From Octopus vulgaris (Eukaryota): a stretch of DNA of 64,000 nt. Each line of letters begins with the position of its first letter. Position 1 is the stretch's first letter. The position numbers were made by a program, and so were the translations under genes. Where the stretch lies: assembly GCA_951406725.2 (NCBI GenBank), contig OX597814.1, positions 76,570,001 to 76,634,000 on the forward strand, given 5' to 3'. The notes below the pieces were generated by a model. It worked only from the letters and a program-made list of their open reading frames with translations, had not been told where the DNA came from and did not search any database. This document shows positions 13,034 through 26,619 of this stretch, piece after piece.

Positions 13034-16000
13034 GGAGTTATAGTAGTAATCGTGTAATTATAATAGTGAACAAGTAAATAATAAGCTATAAGGATTAACG
13101 TGTAGTGTTGTGCAACCGTTGAGCCGTCGGCAGCTAAACTGACAACTCTACTAAGCTTGCTTAGTGAGGAGGATGGATTTTCGACATCCTGCAGGTTTAA
13201 AAATAGAACCCGACAAAGGGCAAAGGGCAAAGGAACTCAGGAGAGTCAATGGCCATTCCGAAAACAGATAGATAGAACTCGTGAGCCTTGGTTGGCAGTC
13301 TGTCTAGGAGATGGAGCACTCTGATTTAAAAACTGGGATAGATAGGACAACTTAGCCACAGTGATAACAACCTGTCAATGTCCAACGGCTCCATGCCTGG
13401 GATGAAAGCGAATGAACCGTGAATCGAGACGTAACTCCGGAGCAATATTTGGATGAAGATACGGGACCAACCGACGTTCACCTATCTCCTAGTGAGAATT
13501 ATGATCATGGTCCCAACACATAGAAATGCAAAGGGAACAGGCCCAACTTATGGGTAGTAAGGGCTTTGCAGACTTGGTTGACAATCTAACTAGAGATGGT
13601 GTCTCGAAAAAAATACCGGTAGGTGGATAACCTTAAAACACAAACCTCAATGTTGAGTGAAAATATCTAGTACAAATGTATTAAATAATGGTGTTAATGA
13701 GGCTGGAACCAAAGGTGAAAGCCTTTTGCCCAGCAGGTGTCCTGTGGCTGAGCAGCGCACGGCCGGTCATCATCCAGACTGCTTATACACAAAGCCAGAG
13801 GCAGAGAAGAAGGTAGGATAAGGTGGTAAACCGGACGGTAATTGAATGCTGGATCAGAAGCGAACCCAGTTGAAGGGAATTCCAATAACGCATGAAAACA
13901 AAATGGAATGAAATAGGGCTCTTCGAGATAAATGTGCAACGGCTAGCTGACAAGGCAAGAGCAATAAGAGCAAAAGAGTAGTTAACAGATATGGAAATTG
14001 AAGAGATGAAAAGGGAAGTGGAAAACAAAAATAATACTTCACCAGACAACGTGCCCAGCTAAGATAGAGAAATTAATGGCGGCTGTGAAGACGTAGAGCA
14101 AAGAGTAAATGCATTCTCAGCAAATGAAGCAGAAGTAATGGGAAGAGCTATATCGCAAGAATACGATGATGACCAACAAGACATAGTGAGAATGTTGTGC
14201 TGATATATTAGAGAAGACCAAGATCAATCACCACTCCACCCTACCCAGTCTGAGGTACATTGATTGACACAAGCTCGAAGTTGAAACCAAAAAGATAGAT
14301 TCGATCCAGACGAGAAATATAACTGAAACTAACAAAATTATTTGGGCTGCAGCTATGGTTGCTACAGACAGAGTTGGATATAAAGAGAACAAACAGAACG
14401 TGAAGAACCATACTGGCGTAGACGAATTTGTGAGAAACAAAGTTAAAAAGACATTTAGGACAAGTTGATAGGTTGAAAAGGGTAATTGCAGAATGAAAGC
14501 ATAGGAATAATGGTGGAAAGAACATATAGAATAAGAGTTAAAGGGTATGATGTGATATTGGAATAACTGAAACAAAGAGTAGTAGCAATCAAAGCAAAAC
14601 TGAATATGACAATAGAACAAAACAATTCAGGCAAAACATATTGTTTGAAACAAATCAAAAGAAACTGTTTTAGGAACTAGAAAAATAATTTTTAAAAAAA
14701 ACATTTAAGGAAGTTCCCAGATTGGAAGAGCCCAGGACCGGATGGGGTCCAAGGTTATTGGATGAAGAAGCTGAGAGAGCTGTATGAAAGGATAGTACTT
14801 CAGCTAGATGAGTACTCGCAGGAAGGCGCAGTACCCAGCTGGATGACAAAGAGAAAGACATTGATATGTGCCAAGGATCCTGAAAAGGGTAATGTTGCAT
14901 CAAACTTTCTACCAATAACGTGTCTTCCGCTATTGTCAGGTGCTTTGGCCGGTGAACTGTATAGATGCTTAGAAAAAAGTGTACTGCTACCAATTGAACA
15001 GAAGAGGTGCCGAAAGAGGAACTGGGAAACGAAGGATAAGCTCTTAATTGATAATCTATTTATCAGGAACTGCAAGAGAAGACACACGAACCTGAGCATA
15101 GCGTGGATTGACTATCGTAAAGTATACAATATGATACCACACTCCTGGATATCAAGAACAATGGAAATGTATGGAGTTGCAGAAAACATGAGAAATCTTA
15201 TATGGAACAGCATGAAATAACGGAATTGACGGCAGAGAATCAGGTATTAGGAAAGGTAAAAATCAAGAAAGGAATCTTCGAGGAGAAAAGTGTGCCCCCA
15301 TTGATCTTTGTGCTGGGAATGATCCTCTTGAGTGAAAAACTGCAGAAAACAAAGTTGTGACATTATCTGGAAAGAGGTAAGGGAAAACTGAACCACCTGC
15401 TATTCATGGATGACTTGAAGTTGTTAACAAAAAGTGAGGCAGAACTGGACGACTTAGTCCAGTCTGTGGGAATTTTATCCAATGATACTAAGATGGAGTT
15501 TGGACGAGGAAATCTTGTCAGAACAGAAGGCATATGGATGCCAAGTGGTAAAATGATGAAGATAATTCAACCTCAATCCAGTTATAAATACTTGAGAATA
15601 CTTGAGACGGATGGAATTAAACACAACGATATGAAATAAAAGACAAAGAAAGAGTACCTGCGGCAAGTGGGAAAAATATCGGCTTCAAAACTGAATGCCA
15701 GAAACCTAATTTCGGCAATAAATTCGCGCGCAGTCGCAGCAATTCGGTATAGCGCTGGAATCTTGAAGTGGACAGAGGAGGAGCTAAAGGAGTTGGACAG
15801 AAAGTCAAGAAAGCTCCTAATGTGGCATTGAGCCCATTATCCACGTGTAGACACTGATTGACTATATATGAAGAGAGTAAGTGGAGGAAGAGGACTGATA
15901 AGTGTGGAAGACTGCGTACGTATTGAACTCAAGAGCTAAATGAGATACCTAACCCAAAGCAAAGAAACCTTGCTGGTGTCAGTTAGGAATGAGGGAGTAC

Positions 16001-16875
16001 TGAAAGCAGAGAAAAAAAGGAAAAACAAAGGAAGAAGTACTAAAAGAACATGAAGAAGAATTACACAACAAGGGACTTGACAATCACTTCCATGTAGCCA
16101 CAACAGAAGTCACAGGAAAACATGCGAGATTGGCTGAAGAAAAGAACACTAAAAAAGAGAGAGTGAGAGCACTATACTGGCAGCACAAGACCAAGCTTTG
16201 GCCACGAACTGGAGGGTCAACCTTAGGAATGAGCGAGTGTCTCCACTGTGCCGCATCTGTAAACAGAGTGGATGAGATCATTACCCATATCACGAACGAA
16301 TGCCCTAGATTAACCCCAAACCATTACAAGTTGTGGCGACACGATCAGGTAGCGAAAGTACTACATTGGAAACTGTGCGAAAAGTGGGGGCTAGAGAAAG
16401 GGAAGACGTGGTATGAGAACAAAACGCAGAGAATTGCAATGTCGGAGACTAGAAAAATCCTCTGGGATTTCCCAATCCAAACAGGTCAGGTCTTAGGGCA
16501 TAACAGACCTGACCCAGTGGTGGTCGACAAGATGTACCACATGTATTATATGGTTGATGTTGCATGCCCCTTTGACCCAAGAATAGTCAAGAAGGAAGGC
16601 GAAAAAATAATACAACCCTCTTAAGTATGAAATAGTCCGGCTATGGAAAATGAAGAAGGTGAAGATAGTGCCAATTATTGTTGAGTCCTTGGGTACAGTA
16701 TCAGAAGACATCAAGGGGAATATAAAGGAAATTGGAATAGAGTAGTCAGTAGAACTGTTACAAAAGGTTTGCCTCTTTGGCGCAGCCATAATAATTAGTG
16801 AAGTACTAGATAGCTGAAAAGAATGAATAGCATGGTTGTAGGTAGCAAGCCGTTATGCATCTAAGACTCCAGAAA
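13033..16875 (+). mobile_element. Near full-length decayed R4/Dong LINE including 5' leader
   Basis: Follows (AAT)n; Myb-like domain (VIECWIRSEP..QRLAD), RT (PITCLP, AWIDYRKVYNMIPHSW, HLLFMDDLKL), CCHC, RHDQVAK, NRPD endonuclease; many stops and frameshifts. Confidence 0.92.
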
Positions 16876-16884
16876 AATAATAAT

Positions 16885-17692
16885 TTTCCCACAAGGGCAG
16901 CAATTTTGGGGGAGGAGATGAGTCGATTACATCGACCCTAGTATTCAACTGGTACTTATTTTATCGACCCCGAAAGGCTGAAAGGCAAAGTCGACCTCGG
17001 CGGAATTTGAACTCAGAACGGAGCGATGAGCGAAATACCTATTTCTTTACTACCCACAAGGAGCTAAACACAGAGAGGACAGACAAACGGATTAAGTCAA
17101 TTATATCGACCCCAGTGCGTAACTGGTTCTTAATTTATCGACCCCGAAAGGATGAAAGGCAAAGTCGACCTCGGCGGAATTTGAACTCAGAACGTAATGG
17201 CAGACGAAATACGGCTACGATTTCACCCGGCGTGCTAACGTTTCTGACAGCTCACCGCCGTTATAGTAATAGTCTTTCTACTGTAGGCACAAGGTCTGGA
17301 ATTGAGATAGTGGACTAGTCGATTGCAGCGACCCTAGTGTTTCACTGGAATTTAATCTATCGACCCCGAAAAGATGAAAGGCAAAATCGACCTCGGCGGC
17401 ATTTGAACTGATGGGCGAAATACCACTACGCATTTCGTCCAGCATGCTAACGATTCTGCTAGCTTACCGCCTTAATAATAATATTTTCCAATGGAAGCAC
17501 AATGCCTCAAATTTGGGGGAAATGCATAAGTCGATTACATCAACCCCAGTACGCAACAGGTACTTAATTTATCGCCCCCGAAAAAGGAAAAGCAAAGTCG
17601 ACCACGGTGGAATTTGAACTCAGAATGTAGTGACGGGCGAAATACCGATATGCATTTCGTCTAGCGCGCTAATGATTCGCCAGCTTGTCGCC
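16885..17692 (-). mobile_element. Cluster of Meta-type tRNA SINEs (four core units)
   Basis: Repeated ATCGACCCCGAAAGGATGAAAGGCAAAGTCGACCTCGGCGGAATTTGAACTCAG, separated by short AAT tracts. Confidence 0.9.
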
Positions 17693-17724
<32 letters not shown>

Positions 17725-17989
17725 TTTCATTTATTTGCCACCAGAGTGAAGGATGAAGGGGATAATAATAATAATATATGTATTCATTCATTCATCCCTT
17801 TTTGTGCTTCACTAACAATTAAACATACACTGGCTATTACGAGAACCAAATTGCGTCAAATGTTTTTCAGATTTTCGCCATTTTGCAACTTGTATCTCAG
17901 TAATTTGATACAGCATGTTGTCCAATCGATACAGAATTGTTTATTCTTTATTTTCATATAATATACATCAACATAAATTATTTATTCTT

Positions 17990-19029
17990 TGTTTCACAGC
18001 TTTGACAATGAGTGTTGAAAAAACTGCGATTGCAGCTATTTCACGCTGCAAAAGAAATTAATCGTTTGAAAGGCCTCGGAATTGTCAAAGAACGTGTAGC
18101 ATAACAGTGGTTCATCGTTTCAAGAAAGGTGACACCAGCCTCGAAAACAAAGCAAGGTCAGGGTGACGTTCTGTTGTGGAAGATGAAGCCTTGCTTGAAA
18201 TGGTTGAACACCAAAACACAAGCACTAGTACATTGTCGCCAGAACTTGACCCTTTACAAAGCACAATCAATTGACACGCCCATATGCACGGCCTTGTGAA
18301 CAGATACCACTGAGAAGTTCCTCGTGAAGAGACCACCAGCCAGGCTTAATGACATGTGAACATTTGCAAACTGCTGGCAAATCCTCGTCTTACCGGTCTT
18401 TAGTATTGAATTGTAACTGGGGATGAAAAACGGATCTACTTTTGTAATCCTAATAAAAATCAGTGGTTTCGGTCCAGTCAGATTTCAGAACCCGGTGGAC
18501 GGTTTGAACAGAAGGTTGTGTTGTGTGTATGGTGGAATTTCGAGGGCGTGATGCAATTTGAGCTTCTTCTAGCTGGTCATGCATGAACGCTTTTAAACCT
18601 TTATGCTCAACAACTGGAACGAGTAACGATGCTTTAAAAGCCATTGGCCAATCGAAAATGTGCATGTTATAGCATGACAATGTCCCAGCACACACTGCCA
18701 ATGTGACCAAGCGCAAGCTTGAGGGGCTCAACCTGATTACAGTTCAGCCCTTGTACCATCAGATAACCATCATTTCCAAGCCATAGTCCATTTCCTGCAT
18801 GGGCGAAGATTCAACAATATGGGTGAGATTAAAAAACGCTGCAAGGAGCTTTTTGCCTCTAAACCACCCAAATGGTACAAGCGTGGAATTGAGCGTCTTG
18901 TACAACGATGGTAACAGACAATAGAATGTAATGGGATATATTTTGAAGAATAAACGTTTTTCATATGTAATATGTTTGAACAATCAATTAAAACTTGAAA
19001 TACGAGAAAACTTTTCAATCTATCTGGTA
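17990..19029 (+). mobile_element. Mariner (Tc1/mariner DD34D) transposon remnant
   Basis: RFKKGDTSLENKARSG, IVTGDEK, VWWNFEG, HDN, YSSALVPSD (YSPDLAPSD-like), KRGIERLVQRW..NGIYFEE* (stop 18953); mariner-like right end; left TIR not identified. Confidence 0.88.
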
Positions 19030-19209
19030 TTTAATTTCATCATCGTTTCCTCCTCGCCTTATTACCATGACTAATTATCTTCAATATAACTACCACCCAT
19101 CATTTTATTCTGTTCTTACTAAGATTTCGTGCATCTTCTCCAGTAATATTTATTGTTTTGTCATTCATGAAATATACATTAATTAGTATTATTTAATTTT
19201 CTTTTTTAT

Positions 19210-19450
19210 TTCTTATTTGCTAATGACTCCCAAGCAGTAGATTGGCAGAATAGTTGAAGAGCGGAAAAATTGCCTTGCTATATTTCTTCTAACTCTTTAG
19301 ATCCTGAGTTCAAATCCTGCTGTCATCAGCTTTGCTAATTCCTCATTTCGAGTTTGAGAAAATAAAGTAACAGTCAAGTGCTGAGGTCGATGGTATAAGG
19401 CAACAGCACCTCGCCTCAAAGTTGTTGAACCGTTTGTACCTAAATTAGAA
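19210..19450 (+). mobile_element. Old Meta-type SINE
   Basis: TTGGCAGAAT head, GAGTTCAAATCC B box, degenerate core. Confidence 0.65.
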
Positions 19451-20324
19451 TTTGCTTATGACAATCATCATCACCTCCACCACTCCCATCCTTTTATGTT
19501 GATTTGTCCAATTTTGTATAAGTTAGACGTGTCATCTCTAGCACAGCATCCTGCCACTTTTGCACTCATTTGTCTTCTTTGTAAAGAAGAATAGATAAAA
19601 GATATGGTAAAAGCATCCTGAGATCCCCTTTTGCCATATCTTTTAGTGTTTTCTTCTTCTGCACGATTCTTCCACTTGGATCGACTGGCACTTCGTAATC
19701 CAACTGTTACCTTTCATACACATCACATATCCATACCAATGCAATATCCCTCTCTCTCTCTCCCTCTGACACACACACACACATACACATTCTATATACC
19801 TGACTCCTCTCATATCAAGTCCTCTCCATTCATGTTTTCATTTTGACATTACAATTCCGGTGGAATACGCTCACACCATTTCTTTCTCTGCTTCGTTCAA
19901 TCTCCAAATGTTTTGTTGCCTTGCAACATTGTTTTTTGCACATACTTTTCACTGAGCAAGAAAACACCTTTACTGCAAGAAAACACCTTTACATTATAGC
20001 ACCATGAACTTTTTCACTCTGTGTACTTTGCTTTCAGATCAGCCACCTCCACTGCAAACAGGATTACCGAGGTAACTCAAGTTGTCAATTCCTGAGGAGC
20101 TTAACTATGTGCATTTCTTGCATACCGAATCAATTTTGTCAGTCTGCTTTCACCAGTGGGGAAATGGAATCTTTCGAACTTGGCAAAAATGGTGACAGAC
20201 TTAAGAAGTCCTTAAGCAAACGTCTGAAAATTTCAGTTGATCATTCTCCATGACAGTAAAACAGCTACTAGGGGAGAGTGCAAAAGAACTGAAACCTTAT
20301 GCACTACAGAATAAACAACAGTAG

Positions 20325-20345
20325 TATATATATATATATATATAG

Positions 20346-20426
<81 letters not shown>
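20325..20426. repeat. (TA)n-(GA)n compound microsatellite
   Basis: Directly visible. Confidence 0.97.
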
Positions 20427-20429
<3 letters not shown>

Positions 20430-22159
20430 GCACACGAAGGGTTTTTTTTTACTTTGTGTTATTAAGCACATAGAGTTGGGCTGTGAACACGTTATCGGTA
20501 TGCCAAATAGGCTTTTGAAGAGGTTTTACCTCCTCGGTAATAGACACCGTTTCACTCGATCATAGTCCGTTTAACGTATGCAAACTTTTGTTCCTCTATA
20601 AAAGCAGCAAAGAATTGCAGATGAGTAAAAAGGTTTTCAAGCTGTGATTAAAAAGCACGTGAAACAACGATTATCAAAATGACTATGTATTCATTCCTAT
20701 GTAATATAACCCAGTATACTAGAATTTGGAAGACGTTCGCAGCAGTATATGTACCAACGAAAAATATTTCCTCGTAAGCTTAGGTGTGTACAAACATATC
20801 GAGTCGGACTCTGAAGGACGTTGGCCAACTGCCAGGCACGTGTTTTGCTATGATTTTGCCTCCACATTGACATTGTTTCAGTCATTCATAGCCGACCAAT
20901 TTCTGTTCCTATATATTAACAACAAAGAATACATTTGCTGATATGTGTCAAAGCTTATTCAAGTTGTTCTAAGCACACTTAGTAACGATATTCAAAGCAG
21001 CGATGTGTTCATCCCTATATACTAGAATGTGGAAGAAGTTTGCTGCGGTACTCTTGTCTCAAAGAAAATCTCTCTTCATAGACTTTTTCGCAAAAACACA
21101 TTGAGCTCACCAACATTATAGTAAGAAGTGCTCTACATTATTTGATGAAATATATCGAGAAATCTTAATTAACTGAAATTACACAGCCACTGATGAGAAA
21201 GTTATTTTTTGTTTAGCACCACCTGTCTTGCTTCAGCAGACCAATGATCAAAGATATTCAGCCAGAATCAACCTGTCTTCTTTATTCAGCCTTAGCGTTA
21301 TATAGGACATTGTCTAATGTATCCCTCCATGTAGTTGTCTAACTCTAGGTCAGGTCAGAGCCAAATGACGTAGGATCACAGACATTACAGCTGGGATCTT
21401 CTATATAAATATATATATATATATATTCTCAAACATAATATATATGACATCATTTTATGTGTTTTTCCCTTTGCTAAGATGGTAGGGTGTGGTTTGAAGG
21501 AGATTTAGCAGCTATTTCTAGCATATCGACAGACTGCATACAGATTTCCTCATTGGTTCAACAACTATTACTATTTCATCCAGTGGAATGGAATATTGAT
21601 CAGTTGGTATGGATTGTAGGTCAATTGTTGTAGGTTCAGTCAGTGGAAATCTTACTCAGCTGGTTGATCCTTCCTTGATCAGTCACTATATATTCTTGGT
21701 CAGTTAGTGTAGCTCTTTCTCAATAAGTGTGGATCTTTGGTCAGTATGGAACCATATTAGCAGAAGAGAAGGATGTTAGGCAGACAACCTAGGCTTTACC
21801 TCACGCCCATCTATTTCTACTAATGTAGTGAGGCATCATTTGAACCCTCATCCCTGAATCTTAACTGTTGTCTGTTTTTAAGAGCTCAGTATCAGCATCC
21901 ACAAAGAAGCCTTTACATTCTCACCCGACATTAAAAATAGCTCAAGATCCCTAAAAAAAACAAAACAAAAAAAAACATGTTTCTCTCTAAAAAGAGGAAA
22001 CAAATAATTTCCTCCGAGGTACATTAATCCTGAAAAAAATACTGAATGGTTATATCTCAAATGCTTTCAAATCATAGGATGTTTAATCTGAGCTGACTGG
22101 TGGGAAGAGTAAATGATAGCAACCTGCTCGATTTCTCAGTTCTGAGTGTTGACTTTTGA

Positions 22160-22750
22160 GTTTCAGAACCTTCAAACGTCAATGATTTTTGTGCCTTTGT
22201 TAGACATACTATCAAAATCTTTAGAGCATCAGACAAAATGCTGTGCAGTATTTCTTTGGATTGTTCACATTCTAAGTTCAAATCTTGCCATTCATCCTTT
22301 CAAGGTTGATAAAATAAGATGCATCAAGCACTGGGGTCAAAATAGTTGACTTTTACCCTCTCCTCAAAACTGCTGGCCTCATTCCAAAATTAGTAAGTTG
22401 TTTTTGATTGAATGGTAGAGTTGTGGAAAAATGCCTTGCAGTATTTGTTCCAATCTTTGTATTCTGAGTTCAAATTTCACCAACATCAACTTTGCTTTCA
22501 TCTTTTTGGGGTTTATAAAAAAAAAAAAGTACTCAGATCTATATAAACAACTGTTCCCGCCTTGCAGATTTCTGGCCTTACAATTGGTGAAATAAGAATC
22601 ATTAGCATGCCAGACAAAATACTTAGTGTTAATTCATCTGTCTCTATCTTCTGAGTTCAAATTCCACTGAGATTAAATTTTGCTTTCCATCCTTTCAGGG
22701 TTTGATGAAATAAGTACCAGTTATGCACTGAACTCGATAAAATCAACAAG
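22160..22750 (+). mobile_element. Three tandem decayed Meta-type SINEs
   Basis: Three B-box motifs (AGTTCAAAT at about 22275, 22467, 22654), each followed by a degenerate CATCCTTTC.GGGT core. Confidence 0.7.
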
Positions 22751-23049
22751 TGTTTCTGTTTGGTCTCCCTTTAATTTGATTAATTACCTGTCATCAATTG
22801 AATTCCAAGTTTTAGCTAAGACCCATTGGTCTTTGTGAGAGCCTTTTTTCTTTTTCCACTCCCAATAAGTGTTAGCAGTCTCACCAATTGCATTTTTGAA
22901 ATTCAACCACTTTTCATGGGGTTCAACACCATTTTTAAAGTTAAATTAAGTATTTTTCAGCTATTTCTTTAACTTTTACATTTGCAATACCAAAAGGGCT
23001 TCCAGATGACTTTTTGGAAGTTTTTAAAATTTTACAAGTACTTTACAAA

Positions 23050-24650
23050 GTAGTAGAGAATAATCAGAACCACAATCTGTACCTCAAAAGCTATGCACAT
23101 TCTTGACAGAGGATCTCCATTTTCTGTTGATGCAGATGTAATTTAGCTCTTTCTCAGTTTCTTTGTCCAGAGAGTGCCAGACATTTTTGAGGATCTGTTT
23201 ATGTTTGAAATATGTTTTACATATAGAAAACTCATCAAACTATGAAAAGAAGTCAGCCTCTCTCTATTACTGTCAGAGTCTTCAGCAAAAACAAAAGGGC
23301 CAGTAACATTCTTTTGGTCCTTATTCATCTTGGCATTGAAGTCACCAGCCAGCAGTTTGATGTCACATTATTGAGTGTTGTCAAAAATTTGCTGAAGCTG
23401 GTCATAAAAATTTATCATTACCTTCTTCACTTGCTAAATCTGTTGGAGCACAGACTTGAATGATTGACAATTTTGCATACCTGGTCTATAAATGGGCTGT
23501 TATGATGCATTGATTTATAGTGAACCATCCAATGAGTACTTCAGCAGCTTCTTTCCTCACAATCACTGGCATATAGAAACCCAGTAGTAATATATTTTGT
23601 CAACTTCAAAAATGTCCTGAGCAGTGTATACTGTTGGCCATTCTGGAACACCCTTCAGATTTATGGCAATGGCACCTGCTTTAGCAAAATCTTTATCAAG
23701 ACTCAAGTTGCTGTGTAAAAACAGAGTCAGGATTTACTGAGTTCCTTTCAATCTTATCAGGAGAGCAACAAGCATCCTACCACCATTATTTTTCTTGATA
23801 ATCATGGACTATGTTCTAAGAATGTCCTTGGATACCTGTGGACATGGCTTAAAATGGGAAAGAATGAAACTAGCAGATTTAGGCCTTGTTGATGGCTTAG
23901 CTCTTCTTGCCATCATCAACTGCACAAAAATGTGGACCATGACAAATGTCCTAACTGAACAGCTGAAAAGGTTGGCTTGAGAGTAAATATACAAAAACAT
24001 GAAAAAGTTGCCTGCAGTGAAGCACATGAAGCTCCAATCAATGGGAAAAAAGATAGAAGAGGCTCAATGCTTCATATATCTTGGAAGTATTCAGACAGCA
24101 AACAGCAATGCTGAAACTGATGTAAAACAAAGAATAGCTAAGGGTGCGGGAGCATTTAACAAACTCCAACTGTTATGGCAGTGAAAGAGGATTACATCAC
24201 AAATCAAATTAAGGTAATTATGGTCATCTGTTATCTCAATAACAACTTATACTACTGACACATGGAAAACTACAGCCAGAATTGCAAAGTAGATTGATGC
24301 ATTCCAACAAACATGCCTCTGAAAAATCCTGGGCATTAGATGGGAAGACAAGATCACAAACAACGAGGTTCTTTGAAGAGCCAATGCAACACGTCTGAGT
24401 CTTGTCACCAAAGGCAGAAGAATGCAGCTGGCAAGGCATGTTCTACGAATGGAAGGACAACATCCCAGTAAGAACAGCCATGACATGGTTACCAGCTGGT
24501 GGGAAGAGACTAAAGGATAGGCTAAAGGAAATCTGGAGATCCGCTTGACCTGTACAAATGTGGCACAAACTGGTTTCAAGATCCAACCCTTGATAAAAGA
24601 CAGAGAAAGATGAAAGAACATAGATGCCCCATGCCATGAGGCTGAAAGAA
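23050..24650. mobile_element. RTE-clade LINE pieces: APE endonuclease on minus (23050-23570), RT and C-terminus on plus (23570-24650)
   Basis: Minus: LSIIQVCAPTD, LLAGDFNAK, SNRERL. Plus: FVNFK..FWNTLQIYG, IIMDYVLR, FIYLGS..DVKQRIAK. Confidence 0.8.
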
Positions 24651-24833
24651 CCAGATAATCAGATTGTGTTACATAATCTTGAAGGTGACTGTAATGAAAT
24701 AGTTTCTTTCAACTATGTAAATAGCAGCAAAAAATAAATAGAAAAACACATTTTTAAAGAGAATCTTTTGTATAAAATATCACAGCCACTGTATCTATAG
24801 TGACTTAGAAAATTATACTTGGTTTTATTTTTA

Positions 24834-24929
24834 TTATAAAGGTTTATTTTGAAAGAAATTGTTTTCCACAATATAGTGGGTGCATTGCAGAATGATGTTT
24901 CTCTCATGGCGTATCTCTTTAGCCAATAA
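24834..24929 (-). CDS. NUFIP1: NUFIP1 exon 10, terminal (LLAKEIRHERNIILQCTHYIVENNFFQNKPL*)
   Basis: TTTTTTCAG acceptor; LLA..IRHERN.ILQC..YI...FF is the conserved NUFIP1 C-terminal motif; TAA stop overlapped and followed by AATAAA hexamers. Confidence 0.95.
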   Translation of the reverse strand, partial: LLAKEIRHERNIILQCTHYIVENNFFQNKPL

Positions 24930-25029
24930 CTGAAAAAAAGAAATATAAATTCAATTCACTTTATTATCATTGCATTTTCACAGATATGATAAAATAAATG
25001 TACTAATAATAATGATAATAATACTGGCA

Positions 25030-26360
25030 GATGAAATAAGTTAATGGACCAGAATAACATCCTACTGGAAGAGCAAAATGGAAGCAAACACGGATGTATA
25101 GGAACCAAAGATCAACTATTGATAGCTACAACAGTGGGCTCAAAAGCTCAAAATTCACAGGCTGACTGTGAAGGAGTGATCCTAGAGGATGTGAAACATT
25201 GCATGCATTAATTTCAACTCTTCTTAATAACAGAATTGTTTCTTTTCAGGTAAACTGATGTCTCTATGTTCAAGGAAGACTTCAAAAGTAACTAGTAGCA
25301 ACTCTTCTTGTAAATCAACAAAATCTAGCACAGTAATCAAGCATCTACAGAAAAAGATTTTATCCCACCAAAGACAAGAGTGCTACAATGACAAACAATG
25401 AAACTACAATCTTTGGATGAGAAAACAAGGAAACTACTGACAATACATGATGAGTTCCATCCAAAACGTGATGTTGACAGGCTACACCATACAAGAGAGC
25501 AGACCAGGGATTGATAAGTTGTGAGAATTATATCCAGAGAGAGGAAAACAACATTGCTTGGTATACAAAGAACACAATGGAAATATTACTTGTACAAGTG
25601 AGGAAAGTCATCTATTACATATAGAAAGTAGTCAGGACAGTGAATTACAAAATAAAGACATATATGGAGAGGGAAAAAGAACTGTAAGTATAAGAAAATG
25701 CACAGTTAGTGCTTGTAAGAGATTCCAAAGGACACAGACCCAGATAAAAGATGGTTGTGGTTACATCTAAAAAAAAAAAAGAAAACCTGAAACAAAGGCC
25801 TTGATATGTGCAACACAAGAACAAGCACTAAGAACAGACAACATCAAGCAAAAAAATTGACCAATCAGCAGAACCTGACAAATGCAGCAAATTGCCACAG
25901 AGAGAATACAAAGGAAAGCATGACAATGTCTCCAGAATGGTCCACTGGGAACTATGTAACAAGTCTGAAAGAGTGAGAGAATGGTATGGGCATTAGCCAA
26001 AGTCACAGAGTTAAGATCCTTTCAGACTTCATAATCCAATGGGATCACAGAATCAAACATTGGAAGCCAATATTGTACTGGTAGACAAGGAAGAAAAGTC
26101 ATGCTTGATTACAAATATTGCTTGCCTTGGTGACAGTAGAATCATGGAAAAGAAAGAGAAAAACTAATACAAATATGAAGCTCTGAGGAGAGAAATCAAA
26201 AAGCTGCATATTGTTCCAATAATTGTTGGTGCCCTTAATACAGTGAAGAAAGAAATAAAAATTGTTGGAAATGATAGGTATGAAAATGAAAATAGAGCAT
26301 ATCCAGAAAACAGCATTACTTGGCATTGCAAGGAATCTCCAGAAAGTTCTCTAGACTTGG
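25030..26360 (+). mobile_element. Highly decayed R4/Dong LINE in NUFIP1 intron 9
   Basis: EEQNG..GTKDQLLI, HPKRDVDRL, ALICATQEQALRT, IVPIIVGAL; preceded by a short AAT tract. Confidence 0.8.
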
Positions 26361-26412
26361 AAAGAAAGTACTACCTTAGTCCACAGGAAATAAACACCTG
26401 GTACATTAATGA

Positions 26413-26605
26413 TAATAATAATCCTTTCAACTATAGGCCCAAGGCCTGAAATGGGAGGAAGAGACTGGTACTTAATTTATCAACCCCAAAAGGATGAAGG
26501 GCAAAGTTACCCTCAGCAAAACTTGAATTCACAATGTAGCAGCAAACAAAATACTGCTAAGCATTTTGCCTGGCATGCTATCGATTCTGCCAGCTCACTG
26601 TTTTA
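26413..26605 (-). mobile_element. Meta-type SINE with (ATT)n tail
   Basis: Degenerate head, B box and core; ends GGCCTTGGGCCTATAGTTGAAAGGATTATTATT on minus. Confidence 0.75.
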
Positions 26606-26619
26606 ATGATAATAATAAA

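Noticed and set aside
19850-20270. Possible hAT transposase remnant on the minus strand
   Set aside because: Only faint, frame-broken similarity; not supportable by eye.
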